A DNA stretch of 64,000 bases from a virus: IMG/VR virus record IMGVR_UViG_3300047160_021165, positions 589 to 64,588 of that record; one strand, 5' to 3'. Position numbers and translations under genes: made by a program. The first letter of the stretch is position 1. Every line of letters begins with the position of its first letter. Under the pieces are notes generated by a model. That model had not been told where the DNA came from. It worked only from the letters and a program-made list of their open reading frames with translations, and made no database searches. Shown here in pieces: positions 8,319 through 17,599 of this stretch.

Positions 8319-8624
8319 CTAAGATAAGAACTCTTTTAGAAAGTCTTGAAATTCCTCGGAGCTTTTGATCTTTTCCATGCTTTCTTTATACAGAGTTTGG
8401 ACTTTGGAGTTAGATAGCCCTAAAAGGGTGGCTATCTGTTGTTGGGATAGAGGCTGCATCAATCCATTTGAATCTGATTTCCTGGCTAAGTAGGCCCAAA
8501 AACAATATCCATCTTCTGGACTATTAATATAACAATCCTTGAAATGGGAAAAATCCCCAGGTTTCCCTGGAGACTCTTCGTTGGCTAGAGGTAGACAAGA
8601 GTGATTAGTTAAGAAGTTCCGCAC
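8319..8624 (-). CDS. Small protein with a sigma70 region-4-like HTH
   Basis: PLSQQQIATLLGLSNSKVQTLYKESMEKIK resembles the region 4.2 HTH. Start codon uncertain (GTG overlapping the upstream gene). Confidence 0.5.
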   Translation of the reverse strand: MRNFLTNHSCLPLANEESPGKPGDFSHFKDCYINSPEDGYCFWAYLARKSDSNGLMQPLSQQQIATLLGLSNSKVQTLYKESMEKIKSSEEFQDFLKEFLS

Positions 8625-9642
8625 GAGCTTTCATATCCCCAGTGTGTTGTTTCACGAATTCTTGAAGTTTGGCTTGGACGAAATCCACTTGATCCATGGT
8701 TACGTATGACATTTTTTCTTGTAGAACTTCATTCAACTCAGCTTTATTGTTGGGATTAACTGATTTTCCGTTGATTGTCATTTCTACGATCGCACCGGTT
8801 ACCAGAGGGCAATTAGCTGTTGTAATTTTAGCATCAACATTGAAAATAAGGATTTGAATGTGTTTTTCTACTGTTGTGGAACCGGCTAAAGTCGCGTTAC
8901 ATTCTGCAGTTACTACTTGGTCAGCCAATCCCATACTAACAGCTTCTTTACCTGTCATCCAGAGTTCTTCTCGGATCAATTGGAAATATCTATCTTGAGT
9001 GAGTTTACCATTGGTGCGTGCAATCGTATGGGCATCCCCTTCAGCAATCATGCGTTTAGCATATTGAAGGCGAGATTCTAATTGACCTGGGAATTCACCC
9101 ATAAAGCCGCCTTTAGCTCGGTGGGACATCAAAGTGCCGCTGTCTACAATGTAGCGTGTTCCTAAAGCTTCGGCTGTTTGGAAGCCCATAGAAGCCGCGA
9201 ACAAAGTCAACGTATCTACTTGATGGTGAAGACCTTTTAGGTTTTCGATCATATTCAAACCAGCATCGATGGATCCACCAGGAGTATCAAGTACTAAAAC
9301 GATATGTTCCCCAGGAGGCAATTTAGCATCAAGTTCTCTGGCCTTCATCGAAACTACCGCAGTGGAAGCTTCAGTAACTTCAGAATTCAATAGAATTGTA
9401 TTATTAGCATCCAAAACAACATGTCCAGCTACTAAAGACTCTGGAGTTAGAGATGTCAGAGCAGGAGTTGGTTCTATAGCATTTACGGCTTGGGGAGCAG
9501 CTAATACTGGGGGAGCTGTGAATCTTGCATAAATCGTACCCGGATTTGCAGCCTCCACGCTAAGAGCAAGAGCCATAGTGCCAATGCTCACCAACCCCAG
9601 AACGGTCAAAATTCCAAAAATCAATTTTTTCAAAGTTGCCAT
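8605..9642 (-). CDS. ClpP/S49-like serine protease with N-terminal signal or TM anchor
   Basis: VLDTPGGSIDAG, FAASMG (Ser), LMSHRA (His) and ELWMTGKEAVSMGLAD; hydrophobic N-terminus. Confidence 0.8.
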   Translation of the reverse strand: MATLKKLIFGILTVLGLVSIGTMALALSVEAANPGTIYARFTAPPVLAAPQAVNAIEPTPALTSLTPESLVAGHVVLDANNTILLNSEVTEASTAVVSMKARELDAKLPPGEHIVLVLDTPGGSIDAGLNMIENLKGLHHQVDTLTLFAASMGFQTAEALGTRYIVDSGTLMSHRAKGGFMGEFPGQLESRLQYAKRMIAEGDAHTIARTNGKLTQDRYFQLIREELWMTGKEAVSMGLADQVVTAECNATLAGSTTVEKHIQILIFNVDAKITTANCPLVTGAIVEMTINGKSVNPNNKAELNEVLQEKMSYVTMDQVDFVQAKLQEFVKQHTGDMKARAELLN

Positions 9643-9734
9643 GAAGTTTACCCTCTTAGTTTAATTTACCTCTAGCATGATTAAAGTCTACCAGCTGGCC
9701 AGTTAATTGTCAAGCCTGGTATCGATGTTACTTA

Positions 9735-9761
9735 CTATCGGAGAAAAGCTTAATAACTTTA
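9735..9761 (-). promoter_or_regulatory. sigma28-like promoter TAAA(GTTA)-N15-TCCGATAG
   Basis: Intergenic, upstream of the anchored ClpP-like gene, exact 15-nt spacer. Confidence 0.65.
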
Positions 9762-9777
9762 ATCGATTCCATAAGCA

Positions 9778-10602
9778 TCATATTTCATTCCATTCTTTAG
9801 AGCATTTATCCCGGAATGGACAGAAGCTGCATTTATCGGGAGTTTTAGGGGGTAGTTGTTTATTAGCTATAAATTCATTAGCCTTTTGAATTTTTCTATT
9901 CAATTTTGAGATATTGGACTTAACATGGGATTCTTCCAGGGAAAAAACCTTAAGATCCGAGGTATCTTTGTTTATATAAATTACCTTAATGCCTCTGACT
10001 TTAATATCTTGGGATAGTTGTGGAATATGATTAAAATCTCCGGCCTTAATGTGTTCTTTCATGGCTTCGAGATAGATAGAAACTTGATCCAAATGTTCTG
10101 GCAGAGGCTCTTCTAAGCCAGTGAATTTAGTGGCTTTACAGGATTTGATTTCATAGATCCAGAGCTCGTTGTCTAGAATGGCTATATTATCTATAAAACC
10201 CTTGTTTATTCCCCACTTCTTTGAAGATATCGGGAATTGTGGATTGGGAGTTTTTCCATCTCTATCCAGAGGTATTTGGCCAGTAACTGGATCTAAATAA
10301 GGTACATGCTCCCCTAAGGCCTTTATCCACTCCATCACCATGGTTTCATAGTATTTACCGGTTTCGAAGATCTTGGCGCCTTTAGAATCTACAGGGATAT
10401 CTTTATCTACTCTGAAATATTGGTAATAAATCTTGCGATAGCATTTCGTGCCTATGGAGGAGGGGGAATGGCTTGGTTTGGGCTTGGTTTCGGAAGGCTT
10501 ATTATATTCTTTGACTAAGTGCCTATTGATCCTGGAGATTAAAGGATCTCGGGGATTAACCCTTGATTTTTCTAAGAGATCCTTTAATCGTTCTAGGTTC
10601 AT
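9778..10602 (-). CDS. Cas4-like PD-(D/E)XK exonuclease with Fe-S cysteines
   Basis: SPSSIGTKCYRKIYY, GFIDNI..YEIKS and C-terminal CSFCPFRDKC. Confidence 0.85.
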   Translation of the reverse strand: MNLERLKDLLEKSRVNPRDPLISRINRHLVKEYNKPSETKPKPSHSPSSIGTKCYRKIYYQYFRVDKDIPVDSKGAKIFETGKYYETMVMEWIKALGEHVPYLDPVTGQIPLDRDGKTPNPQFPISSKKWGINKGFIDNIAILDNELWIYEIKSCKATKFTGLEEPLPEHLDQVSIYLEAMKEHIKAGDFNHIPQLSQDIKVRGIKVIYINKDTSDLKVFSLEESHVKSNISKLNRKIQKANEFIANKQLPPKTPDKCSFCPFRDKCSKEWNEI

Positions 10603-11171
10603 ATCACTTTGTCCACAATTCCATATTCGAGGAGTTGTTCCGGGTCCCAGTATTTATCTGTGTGTTTGGCTTCTTCTAGATAGAATTTCTTGCTTTTCTT
10701 GGAAAAATCGGCCATCCACTGAGCCCAAAGTTCTTCCATCTTGTCTAGATTGTTCATTTCAGCTTTGATGTAGGAATGTCTACCTTCGAGTTCATAAGAG
10801 GCTTCATGGTGCATAAAACAAGCATAACGAGAAATTAGACGTTCATCTCCGCAGGCTAGAATCAGAGTGGCTGCTGACATTATTCGGCCGTAACCTTCGG
10901 TAATGATTTTACATTTGGTGCGCTTGATTCTTCCAACTATTGCCAAAGCAGCGAAAACATCTCCACCATCAGAAGATATTCGAATGGTTATAGCTGAGCG
11001 ATTATAGCTTTCCATTTCTGAAAGAGCAGCTTCTACAAGTGAAAATACGTCATCGTTAATATCGGAGTTAATTAGGATCGTACGTTCCTTGAAATTTACG
11101 CCTTTTTCGAAAAGATAGTCTAAATGAAGTTGAAATCGTTCAGTATCTTTTTCATTAGCCTTGATTATCAT
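10599..11171 (-). CDS. clpP: ClpP-like protease (peptidase S14)
   Basis: ISSDGGDVFAALAI, IMSAAT (Ser), FMHHEAS (His) and TDKYWDPEQLLEYGIVDKVI (Asp region). Confidence 0.88.
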   Translation of the reverse strand: MIIKANEKDTERFQLHLDYLFEKGVNFKERTILINSDINDDVFSLVEAALSEMESYNRSAITIRISSDGGDVFAALAIVGRIKRTKCKIITEGYGRIMSAATLILACGDERLISRYACFMHHEASYELEGRHSYIKAEMNNLDKMEELWAQWMADFSKKSKKFYLEEAKHTDKYWDPEQLLEYGIVDKVI

Positions 11172-11433
11172 TTGAAGAATCCACCACTTTTGCCCGAATA
11201 TTAGAAACATTCATAACTAATAGGTCGATGCCATCTACGTTCTCTGGGGCAAAATCATTGCCGAATCGAACACTTAGGCCTACTGGATATTCTTCTGAAG
11301 AGGAGAACTTAACCACACCCTCATTTGTGCTGGGGAGTGCAGTCATAAAGGGAGAATCCCCTAGCTTTCTTTTAGCTAATTTATCATTCTTTTCAACGTA
11401 AATAGTGTTGTTTACTGGTATTAAGGTAGTCAT
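11155..11433 (-). CDS. groES: GroES-like co-chaperonin (divergent)
   Basis: 92 aa; LIPVNNTIYVE...EGVV...PVGLSVRF...VDGIDLLVMNVSNIRAKV follows the Cpn10 pattern. Confidence 0.7.
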   Translation of the reverse strand: MTTLIPVNNTIYVEKNDKLAKRKLGDSPFMTALPSTNEGVVKFSSSEEYPVGLSVRFGNDFAPENVDGIDLLVMNVSNIRAKVVDSSNDNQG

Positions 11434-11436
11434 AAA

Positions 11437-12000
11437 TTACGCCTTTTTACGGGAAATTCTTTTGACAGTTACTTTGAGTCCGGGTACATCATCCACGGCG
11501 TCTAGATCTTTGCTTTCACCTACAGACATTCCTACTAAAGCAGCTTCCAAGTGATTAAACGTTTGGACTAAATCCATTTGGTTTTTGCTACCTAATGAAT
11601 TAATTAGGATTTTTTCTAGTGTAGCACCTTCAGTGACAGCTAATACTTCTACCCGGACTTTATCTCCATCTTGAGCTGGTCCAGACAAAGATTCATAACC
11701 CATTGCAGTATCTTCTACATCAGCTACAGCCAATCCTAGAACTTCATCTTTAAACCAATGAGTATGCTCTTTTAGGAGCTTTTCAAAGGCTAACTGACGG
11801 ATCTGGGTTTGGGCTTGGTTTTGCATAACAACTTGGTACACAGTGCTGAAAATCTTATTGGCTAGCTCAGCCATCTTTTGATCTGCGATTTGCTCAACGT
11901 AGGGTTTTAATTGTTCTACCTGAGCTTTGGATACCATTTGAGCAAACGATCCTGTAGCATGTTGACTTCCGCTGGTCATTGATTCTTTTTTACTTGCCAT
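11437..12000 (-). CDS. Protein with helical N-terminus and a degenerate FKBP/trigger-factor-like C-terminal domain
   Basis: GPAQDGDKVRVEV and LEAALVGMSVGESKDL resemble the start and end of trigger factor/SlyD FKBP domains. Confidence 0.55.
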   Translation of the reverse strand: MASKKESMTSGSQHATGSFAQMVSKAQVEQLKPYVEQIADQKMAELANKIFSTVYQVVMQNQAQTQIRQLAFEKLLKEHTHWFKDEVLGLAVADVEDTAMGYESLSGPAQDGDKVRVEVLAVTEGATLEKILINSLGSKNQMDLVQTFNHLEAALVGMSVGESKDLDAVDDVPGLKVTVKRISRKKA

Positions 12001-12012
12001 ATTACCCTCTAT

Positions 12013-12501
12013 TTATTTAGTTTTTATATCTTTAGGACTGATATCCACGGTATAACCCGTATCAGTGAAAACTTTAAGGAAAGGCATTACCATGCCGACT
12101 ACCGTTGCCCCCACTTCACCATCCGGAGAAACTACCGTTACATGTTTCCCGTCTAAATGACGATACTTCATGGCGAATTTGAGTATATCGGTAGGTTCAT
12201 CTGGATCTACTGGAGCTTGGAGAACCGGTGCAGGTTGTGGAGCAGCTTCTACTTTAGCCTGTACTTTTGGGGCTTTAGGTGTATCATCTTCCAGAGTTTG
12301 AAGCTCAGTCATCCTTTGCTTGCAAAACCCTAGAACTTCATTGCAAAAATCGACTAAGAGTCCCGGGAACTCAGATTCAAGAATAGCTTTATCTTCATCT
12401 TTATCAACCTTTTCGGTTTCTAAGGAAACCATAAGTTTCTTATAAAGATCTAATTTAGCTTTTCTTTTCAATAATGTCTTGATTTTATCTTCTAGAAGCA
12501 T
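12013..12501 (-). CDS. Hypothetical protein (coiled-coil N-terminus, small beta C-terminal domain)
   Basis: ORF; no firm family. Confidence 0.55.
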   Translation of the reverse strand: MLLEDKIKTLLKRKAKLDLYKKLMVSLETEKVDKDEDKAILESEFPGLLVDFCNEVLGFCKQRMTELQTLEDDTPKAPKVQAKVEAAPQPAPVLQAPVDPDEPTDILKFAMKYRHLDGKHVTVVSPDGEVGATVVGMVMPFLKVFTDTGYTVDISPKDIKTK

Positions 12502-12509
12502 AGACGAAT

Positions 12510-12557
12510 CCAAAAAAGAAAGTATTCAGATTAGTATGAGTCTACTTTCTTTTTTGG
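12510..12557. repeat. 15-bp perfect inverted repeat with 18-nt loop
   Basis: CCAAAAAAGAAAGTA (12510-12524) and TACTTTCTTTTTTGG (12543-12557), between the portal stop and the next gene. Confidence 0.85.
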
Positions 12558-12563
12558 TTAATG

Positions 12564-14417
12564 TCAAGCTGCGGGAGGGACGCCTTGTTCGGGCTTTTGA
12601 TTTTCTTGGGGATTTTGCATTTGTTGAGCAAGTTCTGGATTTTCTTCCATTTTTTCCTCATTCTTTTCTTGCATATAAGCTTGGAGGAAAATTTGGTTAA
12701 GAATGACATCTCCACCAGTGATTGGTTCTAGGCCGTCTTCGTCTCTGATCTCGTTTACGGTTTTCTTGAAAGTCACTTCTTGGGCTTGACGTTTGACTTT
12801 TTCTTCAGCATCTTCTTCGTGTAGACCAGTCCACTCTAGCATGTAGTCTGGATCTAGTTCATCTACGATATTTTTATTGACGTAAGATTGGATAAACACC
12901 ATCAAAGGCACTAAACCTTTGTCTTTGGAGTTATCCAGCTTTTCTTTGGTGTTATCGCCAGACATGCCAGCTCCACCAACGTCCTTCATTCCATATCCGA
13001 TTTCAGCTGGATCTATTTGGTAAATAGCACAGATCATTCGAATAAGATAGTTCAACCATAGGCCGAATTCCATCTCAGAGTGGTTCTGAGTCAGGGGTAT
13101 CCATTGAACTTCATCCATACCCGCCATGATTGGGGTTTGGAAGGAGTTACGATTACCCTTAACCATATGGTTCCAATGGCGTCTAAGCTCTTCTAATTTG
13201 GAACGGTTAAGGTTAGCTTTAACGTGAAGAATCCCTTTGGCCGAGAATCCTTGGGAAAAATAGGATCGGTTATAGAATTCTGTTTGAAGATGGCTAGTTA
13301 CCAAGGCTACAAGCAGCTCGATTTCAGATATAGCGTAACCATTGGCAAAAATGTCAGTAATGCGGTTACGCATACCGAAGGCTAATTCATCTTCTGTAAA
13401 GGCTCTTTGGATACGCCCGCGGATCAATTGAACGTATTTGTATTCGTTCTTTTCTAGACGCTCATCATTAAGGTCCAGAGTATCCCTACGTTCCATGCCT
13501 TCGATTTCATCCTCGTTATAGAGGATATCAGCACCCATGGCACTCAAGTCAGCAGTTTTATACTTGCTAAGAGCTGGAGAAGCGTAACGGACCGTAGAGG
13601 CATCTATAGGATAGAAGTGGTGGATGTTCATTCTATCGTTGAGTACAGCTGCTTCTTTTGGCACTTTCTCAGTAGCCACTTGGTCAAATACAAGGGAATC
13701 CCAGGTAATAGCTCTGAGGTAGCTATCGAAGTTCCAAACTTTATTGTCAAAAGGACGATCTTTGAGTTCACCACAATTACTGATGAATTCAGCTATGGCT
13801 CTCTTTTTGGCCTTGGTTCTTTTGTTCAGCTCAGCTCTAGCTTGTCTGGTTTTTTCTTCCTCAGTTAAGGGCTTTTCCTTTAATTGGGAATCATCAGCTG
13901 CATTTTCAAGATGTTGCATAAGGCTAGAATCAGCCGTCATTCCTTTACGGACTTCAGCTAGATCGTCGCTAAGAGCATCTTCCTTATCCTGAGCTCCAGA
14001 AGTAGCCGTAGTTTCTTCTTCTCCCTCAAGCCCAAATAGCTCTTCTTTGATCTTATCAAGGGCATCATCTGGGTGTTTTAGCTCGATTTTAAATCCAGGA
14101 TCCGTACCTTCTGGTCTATATTGGGAAAATGCGGCTACTCGGTTTTGGCGGGTCTTTAAAATAGCAGAAATTACAGAGGATTTCAGAGCTATTTGTTTTT
14201 GATATTCGTAACTTATGGCTGTGGGCTTCTCAAAAAAGCCTTGGGAACCCATATAATAGGTTCTATCCCGAGTAATAGCTTTACCGAAGTTAAAGTATTC
14301 TCCGTCTTCACCACTTCCTATAGAAGTTCTGGCTTTATAAAGTTGGGCATCCAACATGGCGGATCCAACATCCAGCATCTTCTTGAAAATATTGTCATTT
14401 TTAGGTTGATCAGCCAT
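12564..14417 (-). CDS. Portal protein
   Basis: YPIDASTVRYA, YVQLIRG, SYFSQGFSAKGILH, ICAIYQIDPAEIG and TVNEIR match the large-myovirus portal pattern; adjacent to terminase. Confidence 0.9.
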   Translation of the reverse strand: MADQPKNDNIFKKMLDVGSAMLDAQLYKARTSIGSGEDGEYFNFGKAITRDRTYYMGSQGFFEKPTAISYEYQKQIALKSSVISAILKTRQNRVAAFSQYRPEGTDPGFKIELKHPDDALDKIKEELFGLEGEEETTATSGAQDKEDALSDDLAEVRKGMTADSSLMQHLENAADDSQLKEKPLTEEEKTRQARAELNKRTKAKKRAIAEFISNCGELKDRPFDNKVWNFDSYLRAITWDSLVFDQVATEKVPKEAAVLNDRMNIHHFYPIDASTVRYASPALSKYKTADLSAMGADILYNEDEIEGMERRDTLDLNDERLEKNEYKYVQLIRGRIQRAFTEDELAFGMRNRITDIFANGYAISEIELLVALVTSHLQTEFYNRSYFSQGFSAKGILHVKANLNRSKLEELRRHWNHMVKGNRNSFQTPIMAGMDEVQWIPLTQNHSEMEFGLWLNYLIRMICAIYQIDPAEIGYGMKDVGGAGMSGDNTKEKLDNSKDKGLVPLMVFIQSYVNKNIVDELDPDYMLEWTGLHEEDAEEKVKRQAQEVTFKKTVNEIRDEDGLEPITGGDVILNQIFLQAYMQEKNEEKMEENPELAQQMQNPQENQKPEQGVPPAA

Positions 14418-14427
14418 CTAAGCCGCC

Positions 14428-14808
14428 TTAATGCGTAGCTATGATTATATCGATGTTCGCTGTAGCCCCTGAACTATTGGAAACGGTCAAAGCAGTAATA
14501 GGGCCGTTGTTGAAGAACACCAGAGTTTTTACTGTATTAGATATTGGAGTTAAAGTCAAAGGTGCTTCAGAACCATTGAGAATTATTGATATAGTTTGGT
14601 CTGCCAGAATCGCCATATACTGAGATTCGTTATCTGGGAGGGTGATGGCTAAATTGCTAGTAGCATCGGCTATTTGAAGCTGTTGTCTGGAAACATTGGC
14701 TATTTTACTATCTACGATTTTGTTTTTTAATCGGATAGAATCGGCTGGATCGTTAGTCGGTGCACCGTCGTATGAAAGCCAGTCCACAATAAGATTAAGA
14801 GTTTTCAT
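14428..14808 (-). CDS. Putative head-associated beta-sandwich protein
   Basis: 126 aa, beta-rich, between terminase and portal. Confidence 0.5.
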   Translation of the reverse strand: MKTLNLIVDWLSYDGAPTNDPADSIRLKNKIVDSKIANVSRQQLQIADATSNLAITLPDNESQYMAILADQTISIILNGSEAPLTLTPISNTVKTLVFFNNGPITALTVSNSSGATANIDIIIATH

Positions 14809-14841
14809 AGGTTACCTAACCCTCTATATAGTTTATGTTTA

Positions 14842-14850
14842 ATTATATCA
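14842..14850 (-). promoter_or_regulatory. Extended -10 promoter TGATATAAT
   Basis: Just after the terL stop, facing the portal unit; no -35 hexamer at 17 bp. Confidence 0.65.
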
Positions 14851-14855
14851 TTGAC

Positions 14856-16676
14856 TTAGAAAAGAAAGTTGGGTCCATCCGTAGGCATATCCTCTTCTTC
14901 CAACTGGCTTTTATGGACCATTTTGCCGGTTTTGGGGTCCTTGGCGTACTCTCCAGAGTTATCTACCGCCCCGCTGAAGCCAGAATATTTATGGAGTAGC
15001 TCTACGGAGGGAGCTGTAAAGGAGCGCCCATACATATCCATGGGTATCCCATAATCAGCATTGCCAGCTATTTCCCCGCCTTCGGCCATATTGGCTGCTC
15101 CTGCCTTCTCCATAGAAAGGAAAGCTGCAGTAGCTATGGCATCTGCCAAGTCGTCAGATCCAGATTGGGGATGTCCTATTCTAATCTGTCCAGTCGCCGT
15201 CTGTTCGACCTGTAATTCCTTGATCTCTTTGGCTAAAAGGGGAACATCTAGGAAATCTATTTGGTGACTATGAATTAAGCGCTTAAGGTTGAAGTAGATT
15301 TTCTTCTTAAACGATACCGTAAAGGTACGTTCTACAAGGTTAACCCCGAATTGGGCGAAGATTTCTCTTAACGGCTGAAAGGAGAACTGGTCAGCTGTTA
15401 CCTGGTTGATTCCATATTCTTTGCAAGCGGAACGAATATAAGCAGCGACTTCAAAAGCCTGGACTGGCTCCTTGCTTGTACCTTCCCAATATTTCATTAC
15501 ATACTGAGTTACCCGCTTTTCGTTGTAACCGGTTATAGTGAAGGTGAATTTATCTCCTCTGAAGGCAGCATCTATAGCAGCTGAATATACTGTGTTTTTA
15601 TCGTCTGTTGGAGGTTGAAATGGTATGCCTTTAAGAACACACATATCCACGAATTCTGGGAGGATGAAGTTGGAAATAGAGTCTACGAAGTCAGCCCTGT
15701 ATTCTGTGGCAAAACCCCTCGAGTCTACCCTAAATTCATTCTTGAACTCTTCTTTAGGGAGGATAGTATTCATCATCCAGGAAGGAGCCTTTAGCTGGAT
15801 GTATTCGTCTTTTAGAGTTTCCCTCTTACTCCACTCATCATACATCACCCCAGCTTTAATTGCGGGGGAGGAAAGCTTAATAATAGTCCCATGTTCCCCG
15901 AACTGTAATAAAGCTGGTCTGATAGCTCGGAAAACTTCCACATCTGGTTCACTGGAATTTTCGTCCAAGTTCCACCAACATGCTTCGTCAGCTACTAAAG
16001 TACAGACGGCTCGTCCCCTGGTTGTTTTCTTAGAGGCAGCACCAATCTTAATACTTACGGTGGAGTATTCGATTTCCCCATCTTCTCCAAAGAAAGGCAC
16101 TTTTAAATGAAACGTGGATTGGGTGTCTTTACGTCCACCATCTTTTAGCCTAGATAGTACAGGGGATTCTTCCACCATAGTTCTGAGAATATCCAAAATT
16201 TCTTGAGAAAACTCTACGGAGTGGGAAAGAATGGCTACAGTGGCTACTGGGGTTTTCTTCAAGAAAGGTTTCCAGTTAAGTTTTATAGCGGAATAAAGAG
16301 CTATGATGGAAGCGCAGGTGGACTTTCCAGCGCGACGTCCGCATAGTAAGTTGATCCTATTGTACTTTTTCCCGGAATAGGTGTACTCCATCCCAGTAAA
16401 GAATTTATAGAGATCGACCTCCGTGAATTCCCGCATTATTAGATCGAAATCCCCCTCCATGTCTTTGGTTTCTACCCATACATCGTGTTTCTTTTGTTCA
16501 TCTAAGGGTTGTCCGAATACGTTTTTAAGAAGAACTATCTGACCTGGAGTGGGGGCAAAGTTGATGAATCCAGGAGCTTTTACGAAGTTTTCCATAGGAT
16601 TTTCCATGATTTTCCTATGAACAGCTCGGAAAAATCTAGCAAATTCAACTTCATTCATGTCAGCTATGGGGGTCAT
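14856..16676 (-). CDS. terL: Terminase large subunit
   Basis: Walker A GRRAGKST, Walker B VADEA, coupling motif LSSP, and nuclease motifs AIDAAFRGD and DDLADA. Confidence 0.93.
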   Translation of the reverse strand: MTPIADMNEVEFARFFRAVHRKIMENPMENFVKAPGFINFAPTPGQIVLLKNVFGQPLDEQKKHDVWVETKDMEGDFDLIMREFTEVDLYKFFTGMEYTYSGKKYNRINLLCGRRAGKSTCASIIALYSAIKLNWKPFLKKTPVATVAILSHSVEFSQEILDILRTMVEESPVLSRLKDGGRKDTQSTFHLKVPFFGEDGEIEYSTVSIKIGAASKKTTRGRAVCTLVADEACWWNLDENSSEPDVEVFRAIRPALLQFGEHGTIIKLSSPAIKAGVMYDEWSKRETLKDEYIQLKAPSWMMNTILPKEEFKNEFRVDSRGFATEYRADFVDSISNFILPEFVDMCVLKGIPFQPPTDDKNTVYSAAIDAAFRGDKFTFTITGYNEKRVTQYVMKYWEGTSKEPVQAFEVAAYIRSACKEYGINQVTADQFSFQPLREIFAQFGVNLVERTFTVSFKKKIYFNLKRLIHSHQIDFLDVPLLAKEIKELQVEQTATGQIRIGHPQSGSDDLADAIATAAFLSMEKAGAANMAEGGEIAGNADYGIPMDMYGRSFTAPSVELLHKYSGFSGAVDNSGEYAKDPKTGKMVHKSQLEEEDMPTDGPNFLF

Positions 16677-16679
16677 GGC

Positions 16680-17234
16680 TTATTCCTTAAAGATCCCGTA
16701 ATCAGATATATCTATGATAGACTCTTCGATGGCTTTAGGGGATTCTGGAGCTTCACTGATACTCTTACGGACATTTTCCTTGGCCTCAGTTTTAAGCTTT
16801 AGCAATCCTTGTAGAGATAGGAGTTCTTTGGGGGAATTGGGGATAGTCAAGGATATAGGCTGCCCTCTACCGTCTAGAAGAACTTCGCCCTCTTTGTTCC
16901 GGGTGTAAAGATCCCCGTGTTCTTTATAATATTTCTTCAGAAAGTTGATTTTGGAGCGAATATCTACAATAGTTATCAGATGAAGCTCTTCCAAGACAGA
17001 CATCAACTCTATCCCGTTATCCTCGGACATTTCCCGGAAATAATCGAGTCTTTCCTTCTTATATTCAGCCTTTAATTGATGCCAGCTCTTTTCTTCTGTA
17101 CGGGCTAGACGTTCTAGTTGGACGATAGGCATGCCAAACTCAGCAGCTATTTGTTCCAAAGTTTCATCGCTGGTTATGTAAAGCTTTCTTAGAATATCAA
17201 CTGGATATTGCTTAGCTTGTTTTTCGTTAGACAT
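16680..17234 (-). CDS. Probable terminase small subunit
   Basis: N-terminal HTH (TLEQIAAEFGMPIVQLERLA), helical, immediately upstream of terL. Confidence 0.6.
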   Translation of the reverse strand: MSNEKQAKQYPVDILRKLYITSDETLEQIAAEFGMPIVQLERLARTEEKSWHQLKAEYKKERLDYFREMSEDNGIELMSVLEELHLITIVDIRSKINFLKKYYKEHGDLYTRNKEGEVLLDGRGQPISLTIPNSPKELLSLQGLLKLKTEAKENVRKSISEAPESPKAIEESIIDISDYGIFKE

Positions 17235-17251
17235 TTTAAGCCTCTAAGTCC

Positions 17252-17599
17252 TTAATATTGTGGATTTTTCATTATTTTAACAGCTCTGTCTAGTAAATTC
17301 CTATCGGAAGTTACCCTTTTCTGGAAATTTGGGAGAACTTGATCAATCATTTCGGCTATTTGCGCTGCAATTTTATCTTTGAAAAACTTTCCATAGTATT
17401 TGGTCGGTTCCCAATAGATGAGGATCTTCTTACCGCGTTCATCAACCACTATTTGGAGGTCTTTGATGCCTTTGGTAGAAGCTATGATGTTCATAACTAT
17501 GGAGTTGAGTAATGCTGGGTTACCGGCTAATTCCATCTCAAAAAGCCACTGAATAGCGGCTCCCTGAGGATTATTCTCCAGTTGATACATATCGGCCAT
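17252..17599 (-). CDS. Hypothetical protein
   Basis: ORF; start placed at MADMYQ after GGAGG. Confidence 0.55.
   Translation of the reverse strand: MADMYQLENNPQGAAIQWLFEMELAGNPALLNSIVMNIIASTKGIKDLQIVVDERGKKILIYWEPTKYYGKFFKDKIAAQIAEMIDQVLPNFQKRVTSDRNLLDRAVKIMKNPQY

Noticed and set aside
9778-10602. CRISPR-Cas locus suggested by the Cas4-like gene
   Set aside because: No cas1/cas2/effector genes, and I saw no repeat-spacer array in the window.
6841-12000. Host chromosomal DNA (transporter, clpP, groES) flanking a prophage
   Set aside because: These genes are interleaved with lysozyme, Cas4-like and portal genes on one strand and share the phage promoter motifs. No att site or integrase is seen.
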